From assembly GCA_951406725.2 (NCBI GenBank), contig OX597822.1, forward strand, positions 90,210,001-90,274,000: DNA of 64,000 nucleotides, read 5' to 3'. This document shows positions 11,426-23,369 of this stretch, piece by piece. The position numbers and the translations under genes were made by a program. Origin of the DNA: Octopus vulgaris. Its lineage: Eukaryota. Position 1 is the stretch's first letter. Each line of letters opens with the position of its first letter. A model generated the notes under the pieces. The model was given only the letters and a program-made list of their open reading frames with translations. It was not told the DNA's origin and ran no database searches.

Positions 11426-12124
11426 TTAAACCGGCCAAAACCCATTGTATCTAATTCCTTTCTGAAATCTTTTGAAAAAATAAACAAATCTTGTTAGTGA
11501 ATTCTTGTAGCTTTGAGATAATGTGAGGGCTTTCTTCCAGAGAGCACAGAATTGGGAGAAAAGCAAAATTAACTGGAGTAGACGTCAACAGAGAAAATAT
11601 TGACTTCCATAAAGTGGAAAAAAATAAATGGAAAGAAAAAAGTTGACAAATATTTCAGTGTGAATGCAAATAGCTGTAACATGGTATCACGGTACGCTAG
11701 AAATAGCAGCCAAATCTTTCCTTTTTCTGGAAAAGGAGCCGTTTACACATGATTCCGATGTCACATTCATTGAAAGCATACAAAATAACTTGAAAAAAGA
11801 AAGACCCATGAAACAAAACTCACTCGATGGGAAACTTCGAGGTTCCCACCACCCCTCCCATCTTTCTTTTCCAGACAAAAGTGGCTTGCAGTGAGTTTGG
11901 AGGTCAGATATGCTGAATGCACTTGAAAAAAAAAAAAAAAACAGGGAAAATTATTCCACACCAAGGTATGAAATATTTACTGAAAGACAGAGGACTGGCA
12001 AGCTAGGAAGCTGTGCCAGGCTCCAATCTGTTCTGGCAAGGTTTCTACAGTTGGATGCCCTTCCTAATGCCAAGCACCCTGAGGGTGTAGTGAGTGCTTT
12101 TTATTTACCACTAGCATGGGGCCA

Positions 12125-12460
12125 GTCGATTGCAAGGAGGATGTTCAGGAGGAACTGATAGAATTACAAAATGACAATGACACCACAATGCGGTATCACC
12201 ATAACAGCAAAGGTTTGTGGTACCATCGAAGCATATTGAATTCCTATCCAAATCTGTGGAAACATCTGAACTTACTTTTGCTTGCCTTCCCTACTGCATA
12301 CCTTGTTGAATCCGGTTTCACCATGTTGGAATTTTACTTTCCCATAAAAGAATTGGACTGGATATGACATAATGAGGAGACTCACAGCAAAAGTTGATAA
12401 GTTTGAAACTGCATGTGTCTGCACAAGCTGCATTGCACCAGACACATGGTTCTCATTAAA
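12125..12460 (+). mobile_element. hAT (Charlie/Buster-type) transposase C-terminal remnant
   Basis: QEELIELQND...YPNLWKHLNLLLLAFPTAYLVESGF resembles the hAT dimerisation domain. Confidence 0.75.
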
Positions 12461-12984
12461 AAGTTGTATTCTTTTCCTTTAATACAATCATTAATTATTT
12501 TTGCATTGGTAATTCTGATCAATGGTTCATGTGGTGAAAATAAAAATCAGTTATAAAGAAAGCGTAAGTTTACCAAAGTTAAATCTGTCAGCATAATATA
12601 GAGTTAAGATTAGAATTTTATTCACACTAATGGCAAAACTAAACCCACAATAAGGGATTTGTAAACAACTGCATATTTAGTCCAAACAGCACTAACTGGG
12701 CAACAAGTCTGTGATATAGTGTGTGTTAAATGATACAAGGGTGGTTCTCCTCGCGGATTTAGTGTTGGGGATGTCAGGGTTTTTTTTACACAGGTGGGTA
12801 ATGGAGCATTTTTTGGCTGTTAGGTGGGCAATATTGCAATTTGGTGCAAAGAATTCGGGAAACACTGGTCTAACCCATGCAAGCATGGAAAACTAGATAT
12901 CAATGATGTTTGATGATATATATGAGTGTGTGTGATTTAATATACTCAGTTTTAATATATTTGATATACACAAGTTAAAAAAAA

Positions 12985-14960
12985 GGTTTTAATAGTTTCA
13001 TACTGTAGATATACAATGATTTGATAGATTTATATAACATGCCATGTATCTCCAAGCAACCCTTCAAGCTCAGATGTATCTAAAAACAAGAATGCTGGTC
13101 TTAGAGAAAACATGAGAAAAAATGCGATGAAAAATATGAAGAAGTTTAATGCAAAAAGTGGAATGAGAAGAAAATAAATAACATGATTTTCATTCCTTTT
13201 GTCTGTAGAAATCATAAGTAATCTAGTTGATATAAAATAACATAACAGAGATGAGATATCTCTGATCTTGTAGGCCTCTATATATTAGATACTTTGAGAT
13301 CTAAGTTTCCAACCCATGATATTAGCTTATACCATGATGATGGTTTGGGTATATCTCACAACTGTGATGGACAGACACTTGGTAAATTTAGGGAAAAGAC
13401 TCATACATATATTTTGTCAGGCCTCAAAATTACTTATCTACGAAATCTGTCTAAAGTTGATTTCTTAGATTTTTCCCTAGACTTAAACTCATGCTATTAT
13501 AAATCCTATCATAAACTGAATGAGAAGCTCACATATATATGTAAACAGTCCTGTTACCCCACTATAGTATTTAAAATCCTGATAGCCAACATCAGTAGTA
13601 GGATATCTAATCTATCCTCTTCAAATGCAGTATTTGACAAAGCAGCCCCCTACTATAACAATGTCCAAGCTAACAGCAGCTTCAAAGATAAGATATCATA
13701 TAACTCCATAGTTAAAAATATGAAGCCTAAAAATAGACTAAGGAAATTAATATGGTTCACTCTCTTTTTCTCTTAAATGTTGAAAATAACATAGGCAAGA
13801 AATTCCTGGCATTATTAAATAAGCATTTCCCAGTTAACAGGAAGATTTTTAATAGTCATCCGAAAAAAATTTTATACAGCTGTATCACTTGTAAGTCACA
13901 TCAAGAGTCCTCTCCCAGTTGTAATTCTCAGGATCCTGAAGTTTGTCTGCTTGATCAGGCATGTTTGATAAACATAGTTGTTTATTGTAGTGTGATGGAT
14001 AAAGAGGACAACAGAAAAAGAAGCAATGGGAGAAAGAAATACAAAAGGCCTTACCTCGGCGAAATCAGCGGTCTCTCACGAATTCGACATGTCCTGTCGC
14101 TTTGCCGTCTATGCTGGAACTGCCGGCGCTTCCTCGCTGACCACACATGCTTCGTCCTTGACCACATCCACTTCCTGCCACACATGTGCCCCTCAGTTTT
14201 CCACCAGCCCTTGCAAGCCCTACTTCCGCCCACCTCATCTGTCATCCTCTCCACTAACACCACATAGCTCATCACGTCCCATAACAACGACCGCCAACAC
14301 CACATTTATGATGCCAAAGTTACAGCATGCTCCAAGACAATGTAATCAAAAAGAAAAGTGAAGGCAATTTTAAAAGCTGTTATACAAACCATCAAATTCA
14401 TAAAAATAACATCACTGAGTTGGTCAGCCATGGATCCAAAGACCAATTACACACCACATATAATCAAGTGGAGAAATCTATGTCATATATAAATGGACCA
14501 AACAGATGCACGGTATGCATAGCCGATAGATTACATATTCTTTTTAGATTCACACTGCTTAATTCCAGGTCCAAAATTTTTAGCAAAAGCAACCACATGG
14601 ACAAGTTTCTTTTGTCAAGCTGGAGGACACTTCCCCCTCTGAATTGAGTAGCTATCTCATGGACTTTGGCCTTGTCTCCTTTATATTATTTACACCAATT
14701 AAATAAATTTCTACATACAAAGAGGACAAAGATCTTGGTTTTCTTTTTTTCTTCTTTCTTCTCATTCCACTTTTTGCATCAACCTTCTTCATGTTTTTCT
14801 TCCCATTTTTCTCATCCTTTCTCATAGACCAGCGTCTTGGTTTTCAAATTGGACAAACATTATGCACTGAGCCTGATGGATTGTTTGAAGACACATAGTA
14901 TGTTATATAAATCTGCCAAATTATTGTATCTCTACAGCATGAAACTATTAGTAGCTCTTA
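12985..14960 (+). mobile_element. Degenerate Penelope-like element (RT plus GIY-YIG) with inverted pLTR copy
   Basis: LYHDDGL, KVDFLDFSLDL, CNSQDPEVCLLDQACL, SEGNFKSCYTNH, RCTVCIAD; 12989-13075 is the reverse complement of ~14866-14950. Confidence 0.85.
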
Positions 14961-15544
14961 TTAAAATTGTATATCAAATGATATTTGTCTCTTACTGGAT
15001 ATAATACTTTTTTGCTGATGCTACCTGTAATGGAACAGTCGACTAAATACACACACATTTCATGTTGTTCAGGGTACTTCAAGTGAAGGCTTCTAACTTA
15101 TCCCATTGCATATATAACTTTGTCATCAAAATGAGTTTTACAGACACCATCTTTTTCTGCAGCTAACTCTTCTAAGCCAAGAGCAATAACTCAAATAATT
15201 CAAAATCAACATTTGGGTCTCATGTTTTCAGTTCCAGCTGCAGGTCCCAGCAATGCATCATACATTTCCATGTAGAAGGCATCAATAGAACAATGCCAAA
15301 AAATTGAAAATCTTCAAAATTCCAAACATCAATAAATACAATGTTCTTGAAACTACTGTTTAAAGCAGTGGTTCCCAAAGTGGGCGGTACTGCCCCACCC
15401 CCGGGGTGGTGGAAAGATCTAGGGGGTGTTGAAGAAAAATGGGGTGATAATGGGGTGACCAAAACAGGGCAATGGATGTATAATGGAAGGCAAGATTTGC
15501 TATATTGGAAGAATATCGTCTTCTTCCATCATCCTTTTTGTCCG

Positions 15545-15947
15545 TGTAGTTTAGACTTCTGGCAGGTGAAGAGAGAAAGCTTCAAATGCTTTTTACAACT
15601 GGTTTATTTTCAGGTTTTACAGGACAGATGAAGTGTGCTACTCTCAGCTACCATCTTTAGCTGTGTGCGTTGTGTAGTAGCTCCATTAGCGCAGGTGCAT
15701 TGCTTCTGGAGATACACATGCAGAAAGCTTCAGCCAGTGGTGGTGTTCAGCCAGCGCTGCTGTGAGTTGGCGCCAGAAAGAGAGAGATTTGAATCAGGTT
15801 TTCCCTTTATATAGCTTCCATTGCGAGCCTCGATGTGATCTTGCGCATGGCAAATGGATGTAGTTGAGGTCTTGCTCCAGTCTCGGAGATGGCAATGGCT
15901 GCCATGAGATCTCATCCAATATGCTGCTGGCTGCTTGTGCTGCTACA
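15545..15947 (-). mobile_element. Gypsy 3' LTR (403 bp)
   Basis: TGTAG...CTACA termini; preceded on the minus strand by purine-rich CAGCAGGGAG; contains TATATAAA and AATAAA. Confidence 0.75.
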
Positions 15948-16198
15948 AGGGCTCCCTGCTGAGTGTGGAGGTATGAAAACAGAATAATTGGAGCAGGCAC
16001 AAGAAAGAGCAAAGATAGTAACTGATCGCAACCAACAAAATATGGTACAAAAATGTGACAAGTCAAATAGAAAAATAACTGCAAGAAATATAAATTGGCA
16101 TGCACAAAATTTTGACAAAATGTGCAATGGCAGAGTATCAGAACTGTCCAGTAACACAAGAAATCAATTGTCTGTCACAAGAAACACAATAGAGATTG

Positions 16199-19100
16199 TC
16201 AGATATAAATAGTTTTAGTGAGCTTTTTAGGCCAATGCACAGTGCAGCCTGTCCTGGTGACATAGGGTTTGTTCATGTTAGGCAGTGGCGACGAAGGTGT
16301 AGGTGTAGGTGATGGCATGGTCAAAGGTGGATGTGTAGGTGGTTGTAAAGGATCAAAGGTGGGCATGTTTGGGGTGTTATCGAAGGGTGTGGATACCTCA
16401 AAATATGTCCTTTTAAGTCTGTCGACCAGCACAATCTCTGCCTGACCATTGATGTTGAGACTAAAAGTTTTGGGTGTGCGTGATAGCACATGAAATGGTC
16501 CCTTATGAGGAGAAATGAGAGGTCCTCTGACAGAATCATCCCGAACAAAAACATGAGTCCATTTGACAATATCCGGAGGGACGTGAGAGGGAATAGACTG
16601 GTCACGCGGATTCATGGGTGGAAAACTTGAGAAATACGATCAAAGTCTGGTGACATACGACGTTGGATCAGGACACAATGAATTGTCTGGTGCCAACATT
16701 GTGCCATGGAGTGCCAGCATGGTACCGTAAAGGAGTTCAGCAGAGGAGAAACCTAAGTCTGTTTTAACAGCAGTGCGACAACCAAGAAGAATGATAGGCA
16801 GGAATTCTGTCCAAGACTGTGGATCAGGAGTGGCGCATAGAGCAGCCTTCAGTTGCCTGTGAATGCGTTCGACCATCCCGTTGGAAGCTGGATGGTAGCT
16901 GGTCGTACGAATGTGATGAACGCCTAGGATTCGGAATAATTCATGAAATAGGGAAGCCTTACACTGGCGTCCACGATCACTGGTTATTTTAGCTGGGACA
17001 CCAAAGCGAGCAATCCAGTTAGAAATGAAAGCTCGAGCAACTGACTCAGCGGAAATGTCCACCATTGGAATGGCTTCAGGCCAATGAGAGAAACGATCGA
17101 CGCATGACAACATGTAATAGAACCTGTAACTGACAGGCCATGGTCCATCCAGATCAATGTGGACATGGCGAGAGCGAGTCTCCGGCAGAGAAAACTGTCC
17201 AAGAGGAGTGCGAATGTGCCTGTGGACTTTAGAACGCTGGCATTTCACACAAGAGCATTCCCAAGTGGTGATCACACGGCGCATATTAGGCTAGGAAAAC
17301 TGAGCTGTAATAAGCTTCACCGAGGCAGCGATGCCAGGATGTGACAGTGAATGCAAGGCATCAAAAACAGAGTGCTGGTGATTCTCAGGCCTGAGAGAAC
17401 CAGTAGCTGTGTCACAAAGAATGGTGCCTTCAGCAGTCGGAAGTGGAGATAGGCAAACTTGCAACAGGACAACTTGGTAGAAGCTAAATCCAAAGTTTCC
17501 AGAGCTGGCTGATCCTACGCAATGGCAGTTAAATTGACTGCAGCAGATGAAAGGGAGCACACACGAAGATGAGAGAGTGTGTCAGCAGGCACGTTCTCTG
17601 TTCCAGGTATGTGCCGAATGTACCTTGTGAACTAGGAAATATAGTCCAGGTGATGAAGAGCATGAGGCGAGTGTTTGTCTGATTTAGATGACAGCGCAAA
17701 CATAAGAGGTTTGTGATCAGTATAAATCACAAAATCTTAGCCCTCGAGTTGATATTGAAAATGACAAATGGACAGGTAGATCGCCAAGAGCTCGTGATCA
17801 AATGTACTGTACAAACGTTCAGCTGGCTTTAATTGATGAAAAAAAATGCCAAAGGTTTAGTCTGATTGTCTACGGTGTGCTGCAAAACAGCACCAACTGC
17901 AGAGTCTGATGCATCAAAGAGAGAGGAGCGTTGGGAACTGGATGTGCAAGCAAAGGGACAGAAGCTATTTCCTTTTTAATTGACTCAAAAGCAGATAACA
18001 CTTCGTCCGATAAAGCAATAGAAGAATTCTTTTTGTTATCTGCTTTCAATAGCTGAGTCAAGGGAAGTAATTTGTCTGCACAATTACTGATAAAGCATCT
18101 GTAAAAATTGACAATGGCCAAAAAATGACGGAGTTGGTATAGTGATGTGCGGAGTGCGATGCGCTGAATTGCATCGACTTTGGAAGAAGGAGGTCTGATC
18201 CCATTGGAGTCAATATAATGCCCCAGAAATTCCAGAGAGGACTGTCTGAAAACACACTTATTGGAGTTGATTCACACATTGTAGGCTCAAAGACGCTGAA
18301 AGAGTTGACTCAAGTGCTGAAGATGATTTTTATGCGTGTCGCTTGCAATGAGTATGTCATCATTGTAAGCGAACACAAAATCAAGTCCACAAACAACTTC
18401 GTCGATAAATCTTTGGAACATACTCGTGGCGTTCTGCAGACCGAAGCTCATAAAAAGGAACTCGAAGCTGCCAAAAGGAGTAGTGATAGCAGTTTTTGGT
18501 ATGGCCTCAGGATTGACCAGAATCTGGTGATAGGCACGAACAAGGTCAGCCTTAGAAAAAAATAGTACAACGAAACAAATTAGAGGAGAAATCTTGAAGA
18601 TTTCTTATGGGATATCGATTGGGAACAGTGACTGCATTCAAATGTCTGTAATTCCCTATCGGGCAAAAATCAGAATCCCCTTTTCAAGCCAAACGAAGGG
18701 GAGATGCCCAAGGGCTGGAGGAGGGGGCGAATAAGGCCAAGCTGAAGCATTTGCTCAAACTCAGACTGAGCCTTCTTCAGACAGTCAAGAGCAAGTTGCC
18801 AAGGCGTGAAAAGACAGGTGGCCCAGTGAAAAGACAGGTGAAAGACAGGTAGCATGAAAAGACAGGTGCGACAGGTGGGAATATAGTGGAGAGTCGAGTG
18901 GGTAGGTTTTGCCGTTTAGAATAGCTGATCCGCCAGCTCTGGGAAAGAAGCTAAGAGTGAATGAAATTCATCACCAGCAGTGGCAACAAAAAAAGGACTG
19001 AGAACAGCATTGGTAGTGGCCTTTGCAGGCATAGACAAAGACGTAGAACCATCGACAAGTCTCTGTCGCATGACATCTACCAATAGGTTAAAATTGTTCA

Positions 19101-20114
19101 AAAAGTTCGCACCCAGAATAGGATGTGGGAGATCGGCAATGACAAAAATCCACCCGAAATCCCGGTGAAGATTAATGTCGATATTTAATGAAATTTGACC
19201 ATATGTTGCAATGGGAGACCAATTGACCGCATGCAAGGTGATCTCTGAGCACTTTGGCTTGTCTGTAGCAAGATGCAAAGGCTAAATAGAGCAACTAGAA
19301 CCCATGTCAACCATAAAAGCCTGATTAGACATGTGGTCCTTCACAAAAATTGTACGAATTGGGGATAATTGGTCGGAAGTGCTCAAAATCTCTGCAGGTC
19401 ATTTTCCAACGCCTGGAAAGAACAGGGCGGAATGCATTCGCAGCCTTGATGCTGATACCTGGCGTGGTACCAACAAAGACCGGAATGCAAAGAAGAGGAA
19501 TCGGTCTAGTGTGAACAGGACCAGCTTCAATTGCAACGGCGCAAAGAGTTGGAGCACCCTCTCCAAAGTGCTTCCATTCAGCATGTTATGGCATCAAGTC
19601 TATCCAAAATATCATCCTGTGAGGAGGAAGATACAGTGGAGGAAACCTCTGAGCAGGAGCAGACATGGCAAGGTGCTGGCTGGATAACAAATTCTAAAAT
19701 CTTATCAGCCATAGTAGCAAGTTGATCCACGGTGTTGGCATCAACCACTGTGGCTAAGATGGTTTGCACATCAGGAGGTAGCTGGGAGAAGAAAAGCTTC
19801 CGTGAAAGCAAGTTGTCCTCAGTTGTGTCGCTGAGCTCATGGAGATGCTGTAATAATTGAGTCAGCGTCCTGTCACCTAACTCCTGCTTAAATTTAGACT
19901 CTACAGATTTCATGTTCCAGCAGAGAACCTCGGATTTGACCCCCTCGTACGTCACATCAGGATGAAGATCAGTGATGAGATCCCTGACTGAAGGAGTGAG
20001 TGATGCAGGAATGCTACAGAAGAGAAGATTCAGTTGTCGCGACAAAGGTACAGCCTGTGCTTCAAAATATGCCTCCAACTGAGCGAACCAAAGTGAGACA
20101 AAAAAAAAACCCAA
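16199..20114 (-). mobile_element. Ty3/Gypsy gag-pol pseudogene
   Basis: gag WFAQLEAYF; protease FMVDMGSSCS; [37 protein letters not shown]; RNase H YTDHKPL; integrase HVHIDLDGP, ITSDRGRQ, YHPASNGMVERIHRQLK and a GPF-type module; many frameshifts and stops. Confidence 0.93.
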
Positions 20115-20144
20115 AGAAATAAAAGGTTAAAGCGGAAAGTGTAA

Positions 20145-20452
20145 CCTCTCAAAAGAGCTGTTCTTCACTCCTGCTCCAGAGCGTTGGCTGCGGGGTCACT
20201 CCGAAAAGCTCTGTCTGCAACGATTTCATCTCAATCGAAGGAGAGGGGCTTTCTCCGTCCGGGTTGCGGATCCGTGGAATAAGCTGCCGGACTAGATAGT
20301 GAAGATGCCGACGACCGCTCAGTTCAAAGTCTCTTTTGACTAGAAATGGCCTGATCTCTTTGCATGAACACCCTCCCTGTACATAACTCCATGTTCCCCT
20401 ACATGGCCTTGCTTTTGCTTTTTGAGCCAAAAAATTAACCTAACCTAACCTA
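20145..20452 (+). mobile_element. CR1/L2-type LINE 3' end with (CCTAA)n tail
   Basis: Translates LRGHSEKL..RFHLNRRRGAFSVRVADPWNKLP...QFKVSFD; tail TAACCTAACCTAACCTAA. Confidence 0.8.
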
Positions 20453-21049
20453 ATTAGGTTAAGATTTATTTATGAAATACTGTTGTCTTGAATTTGCTGC
20501 AGAAATTGGTATATGTCTGTAATGGTGAGTGAGGAATGTGGCCTTGGAACCAAGTGGGCAGCAGCCTGAAAAAGTTTGGGAATCACTGGTTTAAAGTAAG
20601 GCTATATATAGAATAAACAGAATTAATAGTTATTGATTTAGTAAGTCTTTCAAAATCTCATGCCTTTGGTTGACAGCTTGAAATCTGCTCACTACTTCTG
20701 ATCCATTCTATCTTAACTTCCTTGTTGATCATCAATATATATATATATATATATATAAAGATGTGTGTGTGTGTGTGAGAGAGACAGGCTATTTACTTGA
20801 TCCCACTTAAAATCAATATTTTTCATCCAATTTCATTCACACTTGGTGCATACACCACTTATGTTCCACAGATTGCACTAGACACTTCAGATTTTTCACT
20901 TATGGGATTATATGGCTTCTGGGATCAAAAAACCTCCTGTCCATTTCTGCATTATGGTGGCTATTGTGGACTGGACAAGGGAGGTAACTCTATGCGAAGT
21001 AACATTCAGAAATTGATTGTTTCCCTTATATTTGTATACCTATGTAAAT

Positions 21050-22295
21050 GTTGACGCTGCCATTTACAACGGAGGGCTTCTTGTCTTGGATGACTTGGTT
21101 ATGACAACTGGAGGTCAACAATTGGATGCTTATTCTCACAACACTCCACACAGAAATGAAAACGTCTGTCCCAATCGCCTAGTTCTCAGAGAAACATCCT
21201 ACCACACCCACAAATTCAAACAGTATATTACTGACAACGAGCCCCTTCTGAATTCTGATCAAGCTGACGTATACAATTTTGTCCTCAGAAACATCTACAC
21301 ACACATTGGCAGAATCATCTTCTTAGATGCACCTGGTGGAACTAGAAAAAACATTCCTCCTGAATCTTTTTTGTGCAAAGTGGCATAATGGTGACCTTGC
21401 TATTACTGTTGCCTCCTCAAGGAATAGCCTTGACTCTTCTTGATGGCAGACGAACAGCACACTCTACCTTCAAATTGCCTTTTAATGTAACACACCAAGA
21501 AAATCCAGCATGCCACATAATTCATTCCTTGAATGAAGTGACAATTTCGGAAAAGTGCAAACTCATTGTTTGGGATGAAGCAACTATGTCCCATAATTGT
21601 TTCCTACAAGCACTTGATACCACAATGAGAGGCCTTAGATCGAACAACAACATCCTTGGAGGTGTGACTCAACTTCTTGCAGGACATTTTCAACAAACTT
21701 TGCCTATTATACCCAAAGGAACACCCACTGATGAACTTGATGCCTGTCTTAAAAATCCCTCCTTTGGTTGCATGTTCATTTGAAACAACTCACCATCAAC
21801 CCAGTCTTCAGAAATGCTCCTTAAAATTGGCAATGGACAAATTAGGTCCAACAACAACGGATTTATTGACACTACCACCCTTGACCACACTGTCTCCAGC
21901 CCTGATGACTTATGTTCTACTGTTTACCCAAATCTTACAATGGAATATATAAAACCAGATTGGCTTCGCGACAGGGCTGTTCTTGCACCTACAAATGCAG
22001 CGGTCACACATGACTTACTCAGTCAGCTACTTTCTCAAGAACATTATTACAGATCAGTGGACACACTTTCAAACAGAATTTCTAAACTCCCAAGACCCTC
22101 CAGGACCCCCACCCCATGAACTTCATTTAAAAGTTGGTTGCCCTGTCATCCTCCTACACACTCTAAACGCACCCACACTATGCAATGGAACTCATTTTGT
22201 GGTCAAACAAATGATGGACCATGGCACTAAAGCCCAAATTATCATGGGACACGACAAAACTGATACCGTTTTCATTCCGAAAATTCTGCTAACCC
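21050..22295 (+). mobile_element. Helitron PIF1-like helicase remnant
   Basis: FLDAPGGTRK, GIALTLLDGRRTAHSTFKLP, LIVWDEATMSH, LAGHFQQTLPII, LLKIGNG, RAVLAPTNAAV, PPHELHLKVGCPVILL..LCNGT; frameshifted. Confidence 0.9.
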
Positions 22296-22299
22296 CAAC

Positions 22300-23070
22300 A
22301 GGGGCAATAGACACCGCAGATGCTCAGAAAACAGATTCCATCACACCCGAGGGGGAGAAACAAGTAGTTGATAGCTACTAGGTGACCAAGTTAGTAGTAG
22401 GGGTAGATGCTCAGAGAGTGTTACCACTAGAATAAGAATAGCTTGGGCAAAGTTTAGAAAGCTTCTACCCTTACTCGTAACAAAGGGTCTCTCGCTCAGA
22501 GTGAAAGGTAGATTGTACGATGCATGTGTGCGAACTGCCATGCTTCACGGCAGTGAAACATGAGCTGTGACTGTGGAGGCTCAAAAGAAATGAAGCTAAC
22601 ATGATCCGCTGGCTGTGAAATGTCAGTGTGCACACACAACAGAGTGTAAGCACCCTGAGAGAAATGTTGGACATAAGAAGCATTGGATGTGGCATGCAAG
22701 AGAGACGTTTGTGCCGGTATGGTCATGTACTATGGAAGGATGAGGAGAGATGTGTGAAGAAGTGCCACTCCCAAACTGTTGAAGGAATCCAGGCTAGAGG
22801 TAGACCCAGGAAGACATGGGATGAGGTGGTCAAGCATGACCTTCAAATGTTGGGCCTCACAGAGGCAATGACGAAAGACCAAGGCTTCTGGAGATATGCT
22901 GTGACTGTGAGAACCTGAGAAATAAAGTGAGTTCATGGGTGTATCCTACACCAGCCCATTCAAAGTGCTTAGGATTGCAGGACGGCCTGCTGTGCTTACC
23001 TTGGATCATAGGGTGACCTGCTGTGCTTGAGGAAACCTATTGAGTCAAGTAAATCAACATCAAAATAAAA
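22300..23070 (+). mobile_element. RTE-clade LINE 3' portion
   Basis: [57 protein letters not shown]. Confidence 0.88.
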
Positions 23071-23089
23071 ATCAAATGGAAATTGTAGT

Positions 23090-23358
23090 CATGATACCCG
23101 TGCCGGTGGCACATAAAAAGTACCATCCGAACGTGGCCAATGCCAGCGCTGCCTTGACTGGCATCCATGCCGGTGGCATGTAAAAAGCACCCACTACACT
23201 CACGGAGTGGTTGGTGTTAGGAAGGGCATCCAGCTGCAGAAACACTGCCAGATCAGACTGGAGCCTGGTGCAGCCTCCTGGCTTCCCAGACCCTGGTCGA
23301 ACCATCCATCCCATGCTAGTATCGAAAACGGACGTTAAACGATGATGATGATGATAAT
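23090..23358 (+). mobile_element. SINE/RTE-tail repeat ending in (GAT)n
   Basis: TGGTTGGTGTTAGGAAGGGCATCCAGCTG...CCATGCTAGT..GGACGTTAAACGATGATG; this motif recurs many times in the window. Confidence 0.75.
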
Positions 23359-23369
23359 GAAGAGGTGGT

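Larger units (their letters stand above)
15366..20588. mobile_element. Non-autonomous hAT element enclosing a Gypsy element
   Basis: Left TIR CAGTGGTTCCCAAAG, right TIR GTTTGGGAATCACTG; identical 8-bp flanks GTTTAAAG at 15358-15365 and 20589-20596. Confidence 0.85.

Noticed and set aside
21050-22295. Host PIF1 helicase gene
   Set aside because: Intronless, frameshifted, and with Helitron-type motif context (FLDAPGGT, PPHELHLKVG)
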